NCBI GenBank assembly: GCA_001508335.1
Contig: LGFX01000005.1
Coordinates: forward strand, 18,225 to 82,224
Direction of reading: 5' to 3'
DNA: 64,000 nt
From: a candidate division TA06 bacterium 32_111
GTDB taxonomy: Bacteria; Hydrothermota; 32-111
Shown: piece by piece, positions 44,066-54,457 of the stretch
Layout of the letters: every line of letters starts with the position of its first letter
Position numbering within the stretch: position 1 is the stretch's first letter
The notes under the pieces: generated by a model
Told to the model about the DNA's origin: nothing
The model's database searches: none
Seen by the model: only the letters and a program-made list of their open reading frames with translations
Position numbers and translations under genes: made by a program

Positions 44066-46432
44066 TCAATTCCTTAAAGTGTAACCTTTATCTTTAATGA
44101 AAGAGATGAAAAGTTTTTGGAAATCTTCTATCTCCTCACCTGTTAGAGTTTTTTGATCACTTCCAATAGTATATCTGAGAGTGACTGATTCGAAACCTTC
44201 TGGAATGTTTTCACCTGAATATATATCGTATATTTTGAAGTCTTTTACAAGGTCATTTTTGAACTCTTTCAATTTGCTTTCGAAATCTTTGAAAATCTCC
44301 TTTTTACTTTTCAATATTGAAAAATCAAGGGAAGTTTGGGGGAATGTTGAAAACTGCTTGAATAAAATATTCTTTTCGAATCCATACAATCTCTCTATTT
44401 CAACTTCACAGAAACAGATAACCACTTTCTTATCGAGTAGGGAGTTTATTTTTGGATGAATGATACCTATGTACCCAATGTATTCAAAATTTTGCCCATC
44501 TTGTGAAAAATATATATCTGAAGATATCGAGGGGTTTATAAGTTGATGCTCCGTTGGTGTTCTATAATCTAGTTCCTTACCTGTTAGTCTTTCAAAAATA
44601 TCATTCAATATAAGTTTCATTCTAAAGAAAGACTTTTCCTCTTGATTTTTGGTTTTTCTATCTACGGATAATATTCCGAGTTTTTTTATTTCGCTATCTT
44701 TATGGAAGATTTTTCCAATTTCATAAAGAGAGAACTCATCAAAATATTTAAGATTTTCAAATGAGAATTTTAGAAGAATTGGAAGAAGTGATGATCTCAA
44801 AAATTTGTTATCGTTCGTTATGGGGTTTTTTATCTCTATCTCATCTCCAGTTTTGTATCCAACTTTTTTGTTGAACTTTTCATCGAACCAAGGATGGGAA
44901 TCAACTTCGTTAAGATCATATTTGTATGTCAAAAGATCTTTTATAATGTTATCTTTTTCATTTTCATAATTTCGAAGAGGTGCTTTTATTTGAAGTTTTG
45001 GTAGTTCAGGTTTCACATTATCAAAACCGTAAATCCTTACAACCTCTTCAACTATATCCTCTTTTATAGAGATATCTTTTGTACTCCTATGTGTTGGTGC
45101 TGTTATTTTTATTTTATCTTTTTCCTCTTCAACTTCAAATTCGAGTGATTCTAAGATATTTTTGATAATCTTATCCTCTATATCTATTCCAATAGTTTTC
45201 TTTATATATTTGTAATCTGTGAATATAACATTTTTTTTGAATGGATTGTAATTTTTATCTGTAATACAACTCGCCATCTTTATTTCTTTTTGATTTTCTT
45301 TCAAAAGTTGAACATACCTTAAACAACCTATCAATGCGTTTTCTGGATCGAGTGACTTTTCGAATCTTGCACTCGAGTCTGTCCTTAAAGCGATTCTTGT
45401 GCTCATCTTTCTTATGTGTGTTGCGTTAAAGTTGGCACTTTCGAGGAAAAGTGATTTTGAATCATCTCTTATTTCAGAATTTCCACCACCCATTATACCT
45501 GCTATAGCAACGGGAGTATCTTCATTTTTTATCAAAAGTATCCCTTCCGGTAGTTTTCTTTCAACTTGGTCGAGAGTTGTAAAAACGAAATCCTTTTTTG
45601 CACTATCGACTACTATTTTTTTTATACTGTTCCCATCAAAAGCATGTAAAGGTTGACCTATTTCAACCATAACATAGTTTGTAAGGTCGACGATCAGGTT
45701 TCTTGGAACATGTCCTGTGTTTGATAACCTTATCTGTAAGTTTAAAGGGGAAGGTTCAATTTTTATGTTATCTATCTTTACCCCAACATATCTAAAGCAT
45801 TTTTCCCTATCAATTATCTCAACAGGAAATTCAGGCAAATTTTTTATTTCATCCTTTTCAAAAATTTTTGGTTCTCTCTTTTCTCTACCGAGTATTGCTT
45901 TTACCTCTCTTGAGAATCCAAAAATTCCCCAGAGGTCAGGTCTATGTGTTAAAGATTTGTTATCGATCTCAATAACATCATCATAAAAATCAGTAAATTC
46001 TCCTATCTCTATTCCTATTTTGGTTTCATCAGGTAACTGAAAAAGGCCTGAGTGATCATTGTTTATTCCAAGTTCTTTCCCGGATAGAAGCATACCTTCG
46101 GAAACTTCCCCGGAAAAGGATTTTGTTGAAATAGTTTCCCCATCAAGTTTCCCACCAGGTTTTATATGAAAAGTTTTCAAGCCTTTTTTAGTATTTGGTG
46201 CACCACTTATAACTTCATATATCTTGTCTGATTTTATTTTACACTTGAAATGTTTTTCATCTATTTTTACAGTTTCAAGGATTTCGCATGTGTATATATT
46301 CGAATAATATTCACTTTTTGAATATATACCCTCAGTTTCCGCAGTTTTCATAGTTAAAAGTTGTGAAAGTTCTTTTGGAGAGATATCATCAACTTTTACA
46401 AAATCGTTCAACCATTTTAAAGATATTTTCAT
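44066..46432 (-). CDS. pheT: Phenylalanine-tRNA ligase beta subunit
   Basis: MKISLKWL, SEGML.S..ELG, HRPDLWG, GQPLHAFD, RFEKSLD, EEVVRIYG. Confidence 0.96.
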   Translation of the reverse strand: MKISLKWLNDFVKVDDISPKELSQLLTMKTAETEGIYSKSEYYSNIYTCEILETVKIDEKHFKCKIKSDKIYEVISGAPNTKKGLKTFHIKPGGKLDGETISTKSFSGEVSEGMLLSGKELGINNDHSGLFQLPDETKIGIEIGEFTDFYDDVIEIDNKSLTHRPDLWGIFGFSREVKAILGREKREPKIFEKDEIKNLPEFPVEIIDREKCFRYVGVKIDNIKIEPSPLNLQIRLSNTGHVPRNLIVDLTNYVMVEIGQPLHAFDGNSIKKIVVDSAKKDFVFTTLDQVERKLPEGILLIKNEDTPVAIAGIMGGGNSEIRDDSKSLFLESANFNATHIRKMSTRIALRTDSSARFEKSLDPENALIGCLRYVQLLKENQKEIKMASCITDKNYNPFKKNVIFTDYKYIKKTIGIDIEDKIIKNILESLEFEVEEEKDKIKITAPTHRSTKDISIKEDIVEEVVRIYGFDNVKPELPKLQIKAPLRNYENEKDNIIKDLLTYKYDLNEVDSHPWFDEKFNKKVGYKTGDEIEIKNPITNDNKFLRSSLLPILLKFSFENLKYFDEFSLYEIGKIFHKDSEIKKLGILSVDRKTKNQEEKSFFRMKLILNDIFERLTGKELDYRTPTEHQLINPSISSDIYFSQDGQNFEYIGYIGIIHPKINSLLDKKVVICFCEVEIERLYGFEKNILFKQFSTFPQTSLDFSILKSKKEIFKDFESKLKEFKNDLVKDFKIYDIYSGENIPEGFESVTLRYTIGSDQKTLTGEEIEDFQKLFISFIKDKGYTLRN

Positions 46433-46435
46433 GTT

Positions 46436-47473
46436 TTACCTGAACTGTTTTAAAATTCTTAGATCACCACTGTTTAAAAGCCTTATATCGTTTATTTTAT
46501 ACCTCATCATTGCAAGTCTTGTTAACCCAAGACCGAAAGCGAAACCGTTATACTTTTCTGGGTCGATTCCGCCATATTTCAAAACATTCGGATGAACCAT
46601 TCCACATGGAACTAGTTCAAGCCATCCACTATGTTTACATGTTGAGCAACCTTTTCCGTTGCATATAATACATTTTATATCAAGTTCAAAACCAGGCTCA
46701 ACGAATGGGAAATATCCGGGTCTCAATCTGACATCTATATCCTCTCTTTGAAAAATTTCAGAAAGCAGTGTTTTCATAGTTCCTATAAGATTTGCTATAG
46801 TTATGTTCTGGTCAACTACAAGCCCTTCAACCTGATAGAATGCGGTTTCATGTGATGCATCAATAGATTCGTACCTAAAACATTTTCCTGGTGCAAAAAT
46901 CCTTAAAGGGGGTTTGTGTTTTTCTAAAGTTCTCGATTGACAACTTGAAGTGTGTGTTCTAAGTATCATTCCGTTGAGAAGGAAAAAGGTGTCCTGCATA
47001 TCTCTTGCTGGATGTGTTGGGGGGATATTCAAAGCTTCAAAGTTGTAGTATTCGGTTTCCATTTCTGGACCGGTTACAAGGGAGAAACTCATACCTGTCA
47101 GTATCCTTTCAACATCCCTTTTTATGAAAGTAATGGGATGCAGGGAACCTTTATTTTCAGAGAACACAGGTTTTGTAAAATCTATACTTTGCTGTTTTAA
47201 TCTTTTTTCAATTTCCTTCTTCTCACAACTCTCTTTTAATACTTTCAGTTTCTTTTCGATCTCAGATTTTGTTCTGTTGATCAAAAAACCTGCTTCTTTT
47301 TTTTCTTCAGGTTTTTTTAAATCACCTATCAATTTTAAAAAGGAATGCAGTTTACTCCTTTTACCAGAATATTTTATCTCTACATCTTTTAATTTTTCTA
47401 AAGAATCTACATTTTTAATATCATCTTCAAATTCTTTAAAAAAAAGTTCAAGTTCTTCTTTTAATTTTTTCAT
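46436..47473 (-). CDS. pheS: Phenylalanine-tRNA ligase alpha subunit
   Basis: HPARDMQDTF, LRTHTS, FYQVEG, YFPFVEP, GFAFGLG. Confidence 0.97.
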   Translation of the reverse strand: MKKLKEELELFFKEFEDDIKNVDSLEKLKDVEIKYSGKRSKLHSFLKLIGDLKKPEEKKEAGFLINRTKSEIEKKLKVLKESCEKKEIEKRLKQQSIDFTKPVFSENKGSLHPITFIKRDVERILTGMSFSLVTGPEMETEYYNFEALNIPPTHPARDMQDTFFLLNGMILRTHTSSCQSRTLEKHKPPLRIFAPGKCFRYESIDASHETAFYQVEGLVVDQNITIANLIGTMKTLLSEIFQREDIDVRLRPGYFPFVEPGFELDIKCIICNGKGCSTCKHSGWLELVPCGMVHPNVLKYGGIDPEKYNGFAFGLGLTRLAMMRYKINDIRLLNSGDLRILKQFR

Positions 47474-47515
47474 AACTTTTCAATTGTATATAAGTAAGAA
47501 ATTTTTTCAAGTGGA

Positions 47516-47539
47516 AACCCCCTTTTTTAAAAGGGGGTT
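47516..47539 (-). terminator. Hairpin terminator after the AsnC-domain gene
   Basis: AACCCCCTTTT-TT-AAAAGGGGGTT. Confidence 0.6.
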
Positions 47540-47544
47540 AATTT

Positions 47545-47784
47545 TTAATCTCCGTTAACAACTATACAGGTAACAGTTCTTTGAATGCCATCTATTTTTT
47601 GAATTTTGTTAACTATCTCATCTGCAAGGTGTTTAGTAGAATCAGCGTTCACGAGAGCGATAATATCATGTAAACCTGTTACCACATGTGCATTCTCTAC
47701 TTCCTTGAATTTTTTTAACTCTTTTAAAACCGTTAAAGCCTTTCCTGCCTCCGTGTTGATGAGAAGATAGGATAAAATTTTCAT
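47545..47784 (-). CDS. Stand-alone Lrp/AsnC ligand-binding (RAM) domain protein
   Basis: YLLINTEAGK, VTG.HDIIA.V, IQKIDGI.RT.T; no HTH; SD GGAGGT. Confidence 0.85.
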   Translation of the reverse strand: MKILSYLLINTEAGKALTVLKELKKFKEVENAHVVTGLHDIIALVNADSTKHLADEIVNKIQKIDGIQRTVTCIVVNGD

Positions 47785-47793
47785 AATACCTCC

Positions 47794-49347
47794 TTATAAC
47801 AGAATTGTTACCTTGGTTCCTTTTGGTTCTCTATCTTTTATTTCAATATATCCACCAACCGTATCGAGTATCTCTTTAACAATTGTAAGTCCAAGCCCTG
47901 TGCCTATTTTTGAATGTACCTTTTCATCATCTCTCTGGAATGGTTCAAATATTTCTGATTTAATCTCATTAGGGATACCCGGTCCCTCATCCTCAATGCT
48001 TATTATTTTTTTCCATTTGTTTTCAACCAACTTTGTGCCTTCGTAGATTATCTCAACCTTTCCACCTTCAGGCGAAAATTTAATAGCGTTATCTATCAAC
48101 TGATGGAATATGTGCTTTATAGCGTTTGAATCGGCTCTGATGAAAAGTTCTGAATCGAAGTTTGATAATTTAAAGAATATATCCTTTTTTAGAATCTTCA
48201 TTGTGAAAACGTTTCCAACCTCGATAAGGAGTTTGGAAAGATCTATCTCTTCCTCTTTTAATCCAAGCAGATCGGATGATTCTTTGTAATCGAGAATTGT
48301 TGAAAAGATTGTAGAAAATCTTTCAGTTTCATTTTTCAATATGGTCAAGAACTCTTTTTGAGTTGGTGTTAACTCTGTCCCATCAAAATCTGAAAGTAAT
48401 ATCTGAACGGAGCCCAAAATTGCCGTCATTGGTGTTCTCAACTCATGTGAAAGGTTTGTTACAATCTTTTGTTTTTCCTCATTTATATCTTCAGTGTTTA
48501 TAAAATAAAAGAGAATATTATGTATCATCCTATCAGGATTAATGTATTTTATGGTAAGGTTATAGATCTCTTCAAAATTGTTATTAATCCTAACATTTTT
48601 CAAAATTCTTTCAGTTGTTTTTGTTGCCACCTCTTCGAGAACTGCCTTTAAATCTACTTCCTCACCATTATTTTTGGTAATCTTTATGACTTCAAAAATA
48701 TCTTTCCCAAGTATGTCAACCCTTTTTAGAACACTTTTAGTTTTTTCAGAGAAATTTTCTACTTTACCTGTGGTGTTTGTAAGAAGGAATGGAAATGGGA
48801 AACTCTCAATTATAGTTTTGTTTATCAGGAAGAGTTTTTTTTCAAAGAGTTGGAATTTGTTTCTGTTTTGCTCAACAAACTCTCCAATCTTTAAAGATAT
48901 AGATTTTAAAATTTTCAAATCATCTGATGTGAAAAGAGTGTTCTTTTCTCTGTTGAAAGCAATTATTCCACCAATAGTTTTGTTTACTGATGTTATAGGG
49001 GTTCCAACTATGGTTATTGGCATAACCGATGTTGCTGAAGATGAGTTAGGTTTAAAATATTCAAACTCAAGTGATTTTGGAATCAAAACATCATTGTTTT
49101 TGAAAATGTATCCCTCAACTGATTCTTCTTCAAGTAGAGATTGAAAAAGTAAAAGATGATCGTTTTTACCATATGTTGCTACATATACAAGTCTGTTTTC
49201 AATATTTATGAATATTCCCGATGTTTGGGCTTTTATTATTCTGTTTAAAGCAGCAAGTATATATGTTAAATCAAAGGGACTGACGAGAGGGAGGTTTTCA
49301 ATTTTTGGAAGAAGATTTTTGGGGTCACTTTCCTGTTCAAAAATCAT
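47794..49347 (-). CDS. GAF-PAS sensor histidine kinase
   Basis: GAF (FTSDDLKIL), PAS-like segment, SHELRTP, DNAIKFS, DEGPGI, GTGLGL. Confidence 0.9.
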   Translation of the reverse strand: MIFEQESDPKNLLPKIENLPLVSPFDLTYILAALNRIIKAQTSGIFINIENRLVYVATYGKNDHLLLFQSLLEEESVEGYIFKNNDVLIPKSLEFEYFKPNSSSATSVMPITIVGTPITSVNKTIGGIIAFNREKNTLFTSDDLKILKSISLKIGEFVEQNRNKFQLFEKKLFLINKTIIESFPFPFLLTNTTGKVENFSEKTKSVLKRVDILGKDIFEVIKITKNNGEEVDLKAVLEEVATKTTERILKNVRINNNFEEIYNLTIKYINPDRMIHNILFYFINTEDINEEKQKIVTNLSHELRTPMTAILGSVQILLSDFDGTELTPTQKEFLTILKNETERFSTIFSTILDYKESSDLLGLKEEEIDLSKLLIEVGNVFTMKILKKDIFFKLSNFDSELFIRADSNAIKHIFHQLIDNAIKFSPEGGKVEIIYEGTKLVENKWKKIISIEDEGPGIPNEIKSEIFEPFQRDDEKVHSKIGTGLGLTIVKEILDTVGGYIEIKDREPKGTKVTILL

Positions 49348-49730
49348 TTTTGCTCAGGATTTAATGCTTTGTTTATTCTCGAAACGAGATCTTTCAGGTT
49401 AAAAGGTTTTACAACATAATCGTTTATTCCTATATCGAACCCTTTATTCTTATCTTCAACATTAGATTTTGCTGTTAAAAAAATTATCGGAATATTTTTT
49501 GTGTTCTCATTCTGTCTCAAATTCGCCGCCAGTTCGAAACCATCCATTACAGGCATCATTATATCGGTCAGTACAAGATCAACATGTTCTTTGTTTAAAA
49601 TATTTATCGCTTCCTGACCGTTATGTGCTTTGATTATATCGAAACCGTTCTGTTTCAATGTGAAAGCCATTATGTCAACCAAAAAGAGATCATCATCAAC
49701 TATCAAAAGGGTTTTCTTTCTTTCTTCCAT
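49344..49730 (-). CDS. Single-domain response regulator
   Basis: IVDDD, TDIMMP, FLTA, KPF; promoter TTGACA-16-TATAAT at 49779-49752. Confidence 0.92.
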   Translation of the reverse strand: MEERKKTLLIVDDDLFLVDIMAFTLKQNGFDIIKAHNGQEAINILNKEHVDLVLTDIMMPVMDGFELAANLRQNENTKNIPIIFLTAKSNVEDKNKGFDIGINDYVVKPFNLKDLVSRINKALNPEQK

Positions 49731-49866
49731 TTAAACTCCCACTTTTTTTTAATTATAAAAATAGTTTAACATTTGTCAACATGTTTATTATAGGTTTATT
49801 GGTAAAAAAAATCAATAGTATTTTATCCCTTTACAATAACAAAAAAAATGATAATATATAAAACCT

Positions 49867-51657
49867 ATGAAGATAATAAGAAATTTTTCAATAATAGCGC
49901 ATATAGATCATGGTAAAAGTACTCTATCTGATAGGTTTTTAGAGTTATCCGAGAATTTTGATAAAAGAGAGTTCAGGGAGCAAACACTCGATTCGATGAG
50001 TGTTGAGCGGGAGCATGGAATAACCGTAAAAGCACACCATGTAAGAATAAACTTCAAATGGAAGGGGAATGAAGTTCAGTTTAACCTTATAGATACTCCA
50101 GGCCATGTTGATTTCTCCTATGAGGTTTCGAGGTCTCTGGCTGCATGTGAGGGTGCAGTTTTACTCGTTGATGCTACACAGGGTGTTGAGGCACAATCCA
50201 TTTCACATCTACATGAAGCACTTGCAAACAATCTTCCTATAATTCCTGTTTTGAATAAAATAGATCTCCCGGCTGCCGATATTGAACTTTCAGGGAAAGA
50301 AATCATGGAACTTTTAGGATGTGAAGAGAACGATATAATACTTGTTTCAGCAAAGGATGGAACCGGTGTTGACCAGTTGATAGATGCTATAATAGAGAAG
50401 TTCCCTCAACCCAAAATGGATGTCGATAAACCTTTAAAAGCTTTGATATTCGATTCAACATATGATAACTATAGAGGCGCTATTCCTTATATAAGAATTT
50501 TTGATGGTGAAGTTAAAAAGGGAGATACTATAACATTTCTTTCAACAAAGAGTTTTTATGAAGTTGGTGAGGTTGGAGTCTTCCTTCCTAAAATGAAAAG
50601 TGTTGAAAAACTTATCTCTGGTGATGTTGGTTATGTAATATGTAATATAAAGAATATAGATGAAATACATATAGGTGATACTATAACACTAAAAGGTATG
50701 GATATTCCTCCACTAAAAGGTTACAGGGAAGTTAAACCTATGGTTTTTTCTGGGTTTTATCCTTCTAACGGGGAGGATTATGAAAAGTTGAAGGATGCTT
50801 TGAAAAAATTAAAGTTGAATGATGCAGCTTTTACATTTATGCAGGAAAATTCAGAAGCCCTCGGTTTTGGATTCAGATGCGGTTTCTTAGGAATGCTCCA
50901 TATGAAGATAGTTCAGGAAAGACTTGAGAGTGAGTTTGGTTTAGATCTTATAGCAACCATTCCAAATGTGATTTATAAACTGATTGATGTTAAAGGGGAA
51001 GAAAAGTTGATAGATAATCCAGCAAGGATGCCAGATATAACAAGAAATGAGAGAATTCTTGAACCTTTTCTTTTGGTAGATATATTCACTCCACCAGATT
51101 ACATTGGGCCAATAATGCAACTCGTTATGGATCGAAGAGGTGTTGGGAGGAGTATGGAGTACATAACTGATAAAAGAGCTCTTTTGAAATATGAAATGCC
51201 GATGGCGGAAGTTATATTTGACTTTTTTAATAAGTTGAAAACCATAACGAGAGGGTATGGGTCTATGGATTACCAGTTCCTCGAATATAGAGAATCGGAT
51301 CTCGTTAGACTCGACATCCTAATCAATGGTGAAAAAGTGGATGCCTTATCTAGTATAGTGCCAAGAGAAAAAGCCTACAATGTTGGCAACAAGTTAACAC
51401 ATAAGTTGAAAGAGGTTATACATAGACAACAGTTTGAAGTTTCAATTCAAGCAGCAATAGGAAGTAAAGTGATAGCAAAATCTGTTGTGAAGGCTGTGAG
51501 AAAAGATGTTCTGGCAAAATGTTATGGTGGAGATATTACGAGAAAAAGAAAATTGCTTGAAAAACAGAAGGAAGGAAAGAAGAGGATGAAAATGTTGGGA
51601 AGAGTTGAAATTCCTCAGGAAGCTTTTCTGGCTGCTTTGAAAATAGATGAAGAGTGA
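49867..51657 (+). CDS. lepA: Elongation factor 4
   Basis: IRNFSIIAHIDHGKSTL, DTPGHVDF, GFRCGFLG, KCYGGDITRKRKLL. Confidence 0.98.
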   Translation: MKIIRNFSIIAHIDHGKSTLSDRFLELSENFDKREFREQTLDSMSVEREHGITVKAHHVRINFKWKGNEVQFNLIDTPGHVDFSYEVSRSLAACEGAVLLVDATQGVEAQSISHLHEALANNLPIIPVLNKIDLPAADIELSGKEIMELLGCEENDIILVSAKDGTGVDQLIDAIIEKFPQPKMDVDKPLKALIFDSTYDNYRGAIPYIRIFDGEVKKGDTITFLSTKSFYEVGEVGVFLPKMKSVEKLISGDVGYVICNIKNIDEIHIGDTITLKGMDIPPLKGYREVKPMVFSGFYPSNGEDYEKLKDALKKLKLNDAAFTFMQENSEALGFGFRCGFLGMLHMKIVQERLESEFGLDLIATIPNVIYKLIDVKGEEKLIDNPARMPDITRNERILEPFLLVDIFTPPDYIGPIMQLVMDRRGVGRSMEYITDKRALLKYEMPMAEVIFDFFNKLKTITRGYGSMDYQFLEYRESDLVRLDILINGEKVDALSSIVPREKAYNVGNKLTHKLKEVIHRQQFEVSIQAAIGSKVIAKSVVKAVRKDVLAKCYGGDITRKRKLLEKQKEGKKRMKMLGRVEIPQEAFLAALKIDEE

Positions 51658-52084
51658 AGATATACTTTTTTCACTTATAGTTTCAATAGTTTTAATCATA
51701 CTTATAAAAATTTTTTTTCTTTCCCCAATTATTGTTAAGGGTGAGTCTATGTCATCAACTTTTAATGATGGAGATATTTCATTTTTTCTCCCATTGAAAA
51801 CATACAAAATTTTTAAAAATTTTTTTAAAGATGAAAACTATTCTTTTTTAAAAGACAAAAATGTTATAGTGGAAGTTGCGAGTAAAAAACTTATCAAAAG
51901 GTGCATTGGAATACCACACGATACTATAATCCTTGTAGAAAGTTCAGGAAATGAAAGAAAAATTATAGTTCCAGAAGATTCTTTCTTCGTTATAGGTGAT
52001 AATTTTAGAGATTCTTACGATTCAAGGTGCTTTGGTTTTGTTGGTTTTAAAGATATAAAAGGTATAATCCTTTTTGAAAAATAA
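51647..52084 (+). CDS. lepB: Signal peptidase I (short form)
   Basis: GESM (catalytic Ser), IKRCIG (catalytic Lys), GDN...S.DSR.FG; follows lepA. Confidence 0.85.
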   Translation: MKSEDILFSLIVSIVLIILIKIFFLSPIIVKGESMSSTFNDGDISFFLPLKTYKIFKNFFKDENYSFLKDKNVIVEVASKKLIKRCIGIPHDTIILVESSGNERKIIVPEDSFFVIGDNFRDSYDSRCFGFVGFKDIKGIILFEK

Positions 52085-52086
52085 TT

Positions 52087-52623
52087 ATGAAATTGATTCT
52101 GGATTGTGAAAGTGTTGATGTTAAAAGAAGAGTTGAACAGTTTATAAAACACAAAAAGAGTGGTAAGATATATCTTGAAGGTGACCCTAATTCCTTTATA
52201 ATCTTCGATTTTGGAAAAATTGTTGATAGTTCATTTAAAGGGAAAAAAGATTTAGATTTTTGTTTAAACTCGTTCAACACTCTAAAAAAAGGTAAAATAG
52301 TTTTTATAGTGGATAACACAAGAAATGATGATATTTTTAAAAATCTTCTCAAAAGATTGGAAGGATTGAAGGATTACCTTTTTATTGAAAAGGAAGAGGT
52401 AAAAACAAGTTTAAATGAAAAGGATTTAAAATTTTTCACCATACAGATTGATACTATTTTAAAATCTGACATCTTGAAACCAGAACTGATATTTTTAAAT
52501 TTTAAAAAATCCTCCCTTGTTTTAATTTTTAAAAATGAGTTAAAAATACTTCTGATTTTTGAAAGCATGGTCTACAACAAAATGTTTTTAAACAGGATCA
52601 AAAAAATTTTTTACAATGAATAG
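52087..52623 (+). CDS. Hypothetical protein, possible PATAN/DUF4388-like N-terminus
   Basis: KKSGKIYL...IIFDFGKIVDS pattern. Confidence 0.4.
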   Translation: MKLILDCESVDVKRRVEQFIKHKKSGKIYLEGDPNSFIIFDFGKIVDSSFKGKKDLDFCLNSFNTLKKGKIVFIVDNTRNDDIFKNLLKRLEGLKDYLFIEKEEVKTSLNEKDLKFFTIQIDTILKSDILKPELIFLNFKKSSLVLIFKNELKILLIFESMVYNKMFLNRIKKIFYNE

Positions 52624-53668
52624 AGGTATCTATATACATATCCCTTTTTGTTCTAGTAAATGTTTTTACTGCAATTTTGTGTCTGGGAAATATGATGATA
52701 GTCTAATTAAAAAGTATTTTGATACTTTGATCTTTGAGATATATGATAGAAAAAAAATTTTTGAAGAGGTTGATACAATCTATTTCGGTGGTGGGACTCC
52801 TTCATCGGTAGATAAGAAATATATAAAGAATATTATGGAGGTTTTAAACCAAAAATATGATTTGAAAAATTTGCGAGAGGTTACCATCGAGATGAACCCT
52901 GAATCTATAGATAAAGAGAAGTTGAATTTCTATAAAGAGTTAGGTTTCAACAGATTCTCTTTAGGAGTTCAATCTTTCAATGATGAACTTTTAAAAATTC
53001 TTGGCAGGGTTTCAGATTCTAAAAGGATTTTTAAAGCTCTCTCCAGTTTTGAAAAAGATGATAACCTTTCAGTTGATTTCATATATGGAATAAGAGGTTA
53101 CTTTATAGATATCTTTCCTGTTAAAGAGTTTCCGATAAAACATATCTCATCATATCTTTTAACACTCGAAGAGGGTTCACAACTTTACAAATCCGATCTT
53201 GAAAATGAAGATGTCTGGGATGAGTATTTTTATCTGATCGAAAAGTTGAAAGAATTTGGTTTTTTCAGGTATGAGGTTTCAAATTTTTCAAAGGAAGGGT
53301 ACAGGTCCTTGCACAATCTTTCCTACTGGGATGTTTCATCGTTTTATATAGGTTATGGAGTTTCAGCAGCATCCTATGATGGAAAGGAGAGGATTAAAAA
53401 TACTGATGACATAAGACTTTATATGAAAGGTTACGCTGAATTCATACAGAGAGAGTTTATAGACGAAGGTAAAAGGAATTTGGAATATCTGATGCTTGGT
53501 CTTAGAAAGAGTGAAGGAGTACTTTACGATGAAAAATTTTTAAGTCTTGTAGATGAAGGGAAGGTTAACTATTTTATAGATGAAGGTTATCTTAAAATAG
53601 AAAATGGAAGGATATCCTGCACGGACAAAGGTTTTCTAATCTTAAACAGAATATTGAGGGAAATTTAG
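52616..53668 (+). CDS. hemW: Radical SAM heme chaperone HemW (HemN-like)
   Basis: YIHIPFCSSKCFYCNF, YFGGGTPS, EMNP, SLGVQS, YEVSNF, HN..YW. Confidence 0.88.
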   Translation: MNRGIYIHIPFCSSKCFYCNFVSGKYDDSLIKKYFDTLIFEIYDRKKIFEEVDTIYFGGGTPSSVDKKYIKNIMEVLNQKYDLKNLREVTIEMNPESIDKEKLNFYKELGFNRFSLGVQSFNDELLKILGRVSDSKRIFKALSSFEKDDNLSVDFIYGIRGYFIDIFPVKEFPIKHISSYLLTLEEGSQLYKSDLENEDVWDEYFYLIEKLKEFGFFRYEVSNFSKEGYRSLHNLSYWDVSSFYIGYGVSAASYDGKERIKNTDDIRLYMKGYAEFIQREFIDEGKRNLEYLMLGLRKSEGVLYDEKFLSLVDEGKVNYFIDEGYLKIENGRISCTDKGFLILNRILREI

Positions 53669-53671
53669 AAG

Positions 53672-54421
53672 TTAAAATTTTATAATAAGGGATCTTATTA
53701 TCTCCAATATCTCGTTATCCTTTCTTTCGTTGTAAAGTAGTGGAATGTTGTTGAAAAATATCCCTGAAGATAGAGTTTTATCCAGGGAGTGAACCTCTTC
53801 AACATCTACCTCATCGAACTCTTTTTTTACAAGATCTTTCAGGTGTTCGAGTTTTGCATTTTCAAGCGGACATAGAGGGTTGTATATTATTAAGAGTTGG
53901 TTAGTTTTCGTCTGGACTCTATTCTTTTCATTCGAAACTATCCTGAAACTTATCTCTTTATCGAAAGATTTATAGAGTATTTTCAGAAGGTCATCTTCGG
54001 TTGGTGCTTCGACAAAGCCATTTTTTAGAAAGAAATTTTTATTCATCCATTCATTTTCACCTATAGAATGTGTAAAAATTATTTTTTTGCCCTCTTCTTT
54101 TATCTGGTTTTCTATATGTTTTAATATCATTGAGCCAAGTTTTTGATTCCTAAAACTTTCAAGAATATATATACAGTTTAAAAATACACCATCCTTACTT
54201 TCAATCAGAGATAGAGGCTTCTTTGTATCAAAAAGAATAACATGACCAGCTAAATTCCCATCGATAGTTATTCCGTAAGCATAGATTTTATAATCTAAAT
54301 TCTTTAAAAGAAAATCAACACTTTTCTGATGTGAAAAAGAACCCCAAAGGTTTTTTTCCTTTGTGCAAGAGTACGCGAGTCCAAGGTTATCCCTATTGAG
54401 TTTGAATATTTTAATTTCCAT
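53672..54421 (-). CDS. GNAT-family acetyltransferase (YoaP-like)
   Basis: LNCIYI...FRNQKLGSMIL, FFLKNGF, C-terminal CP motif; leaderless promoter TTGACA-16-TAAATT at 54455-54428. Confidence 0.7.
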   Translation of the reverse strand: MEIKIFKLNRDNLGLAYSCTKEKNLWGSFSHQKSVDFLLKNLDYKIYAYGITIDGNLAGHVILFDTKKPLSLIESKDGVFLNCIYILESFRNQKLGSMILKHIENQIKEEGKKIIFTHSIGENEWMNKNFFLKNGFVEAPTEDDLLKILYKSFDKEISFRIVSNEKNRVQTKTNQLLIIYNPLCPLENAKLEHLKDLVKKEFDEVDVEEVHSLDKTLSSGIFFNNIPLLYNERKDNEILEIIRSLIIKF

Positions 54422-54457
54422 AACTATAATTTAACTTTTTATTTCAAAATGTCAATA

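Noticed and set aside
47474-47544. T-box or attenuator upstream of pheS
   Set aside because: Only about 70 bp, occupied by a hairpin and a promoter; no T-box motif.
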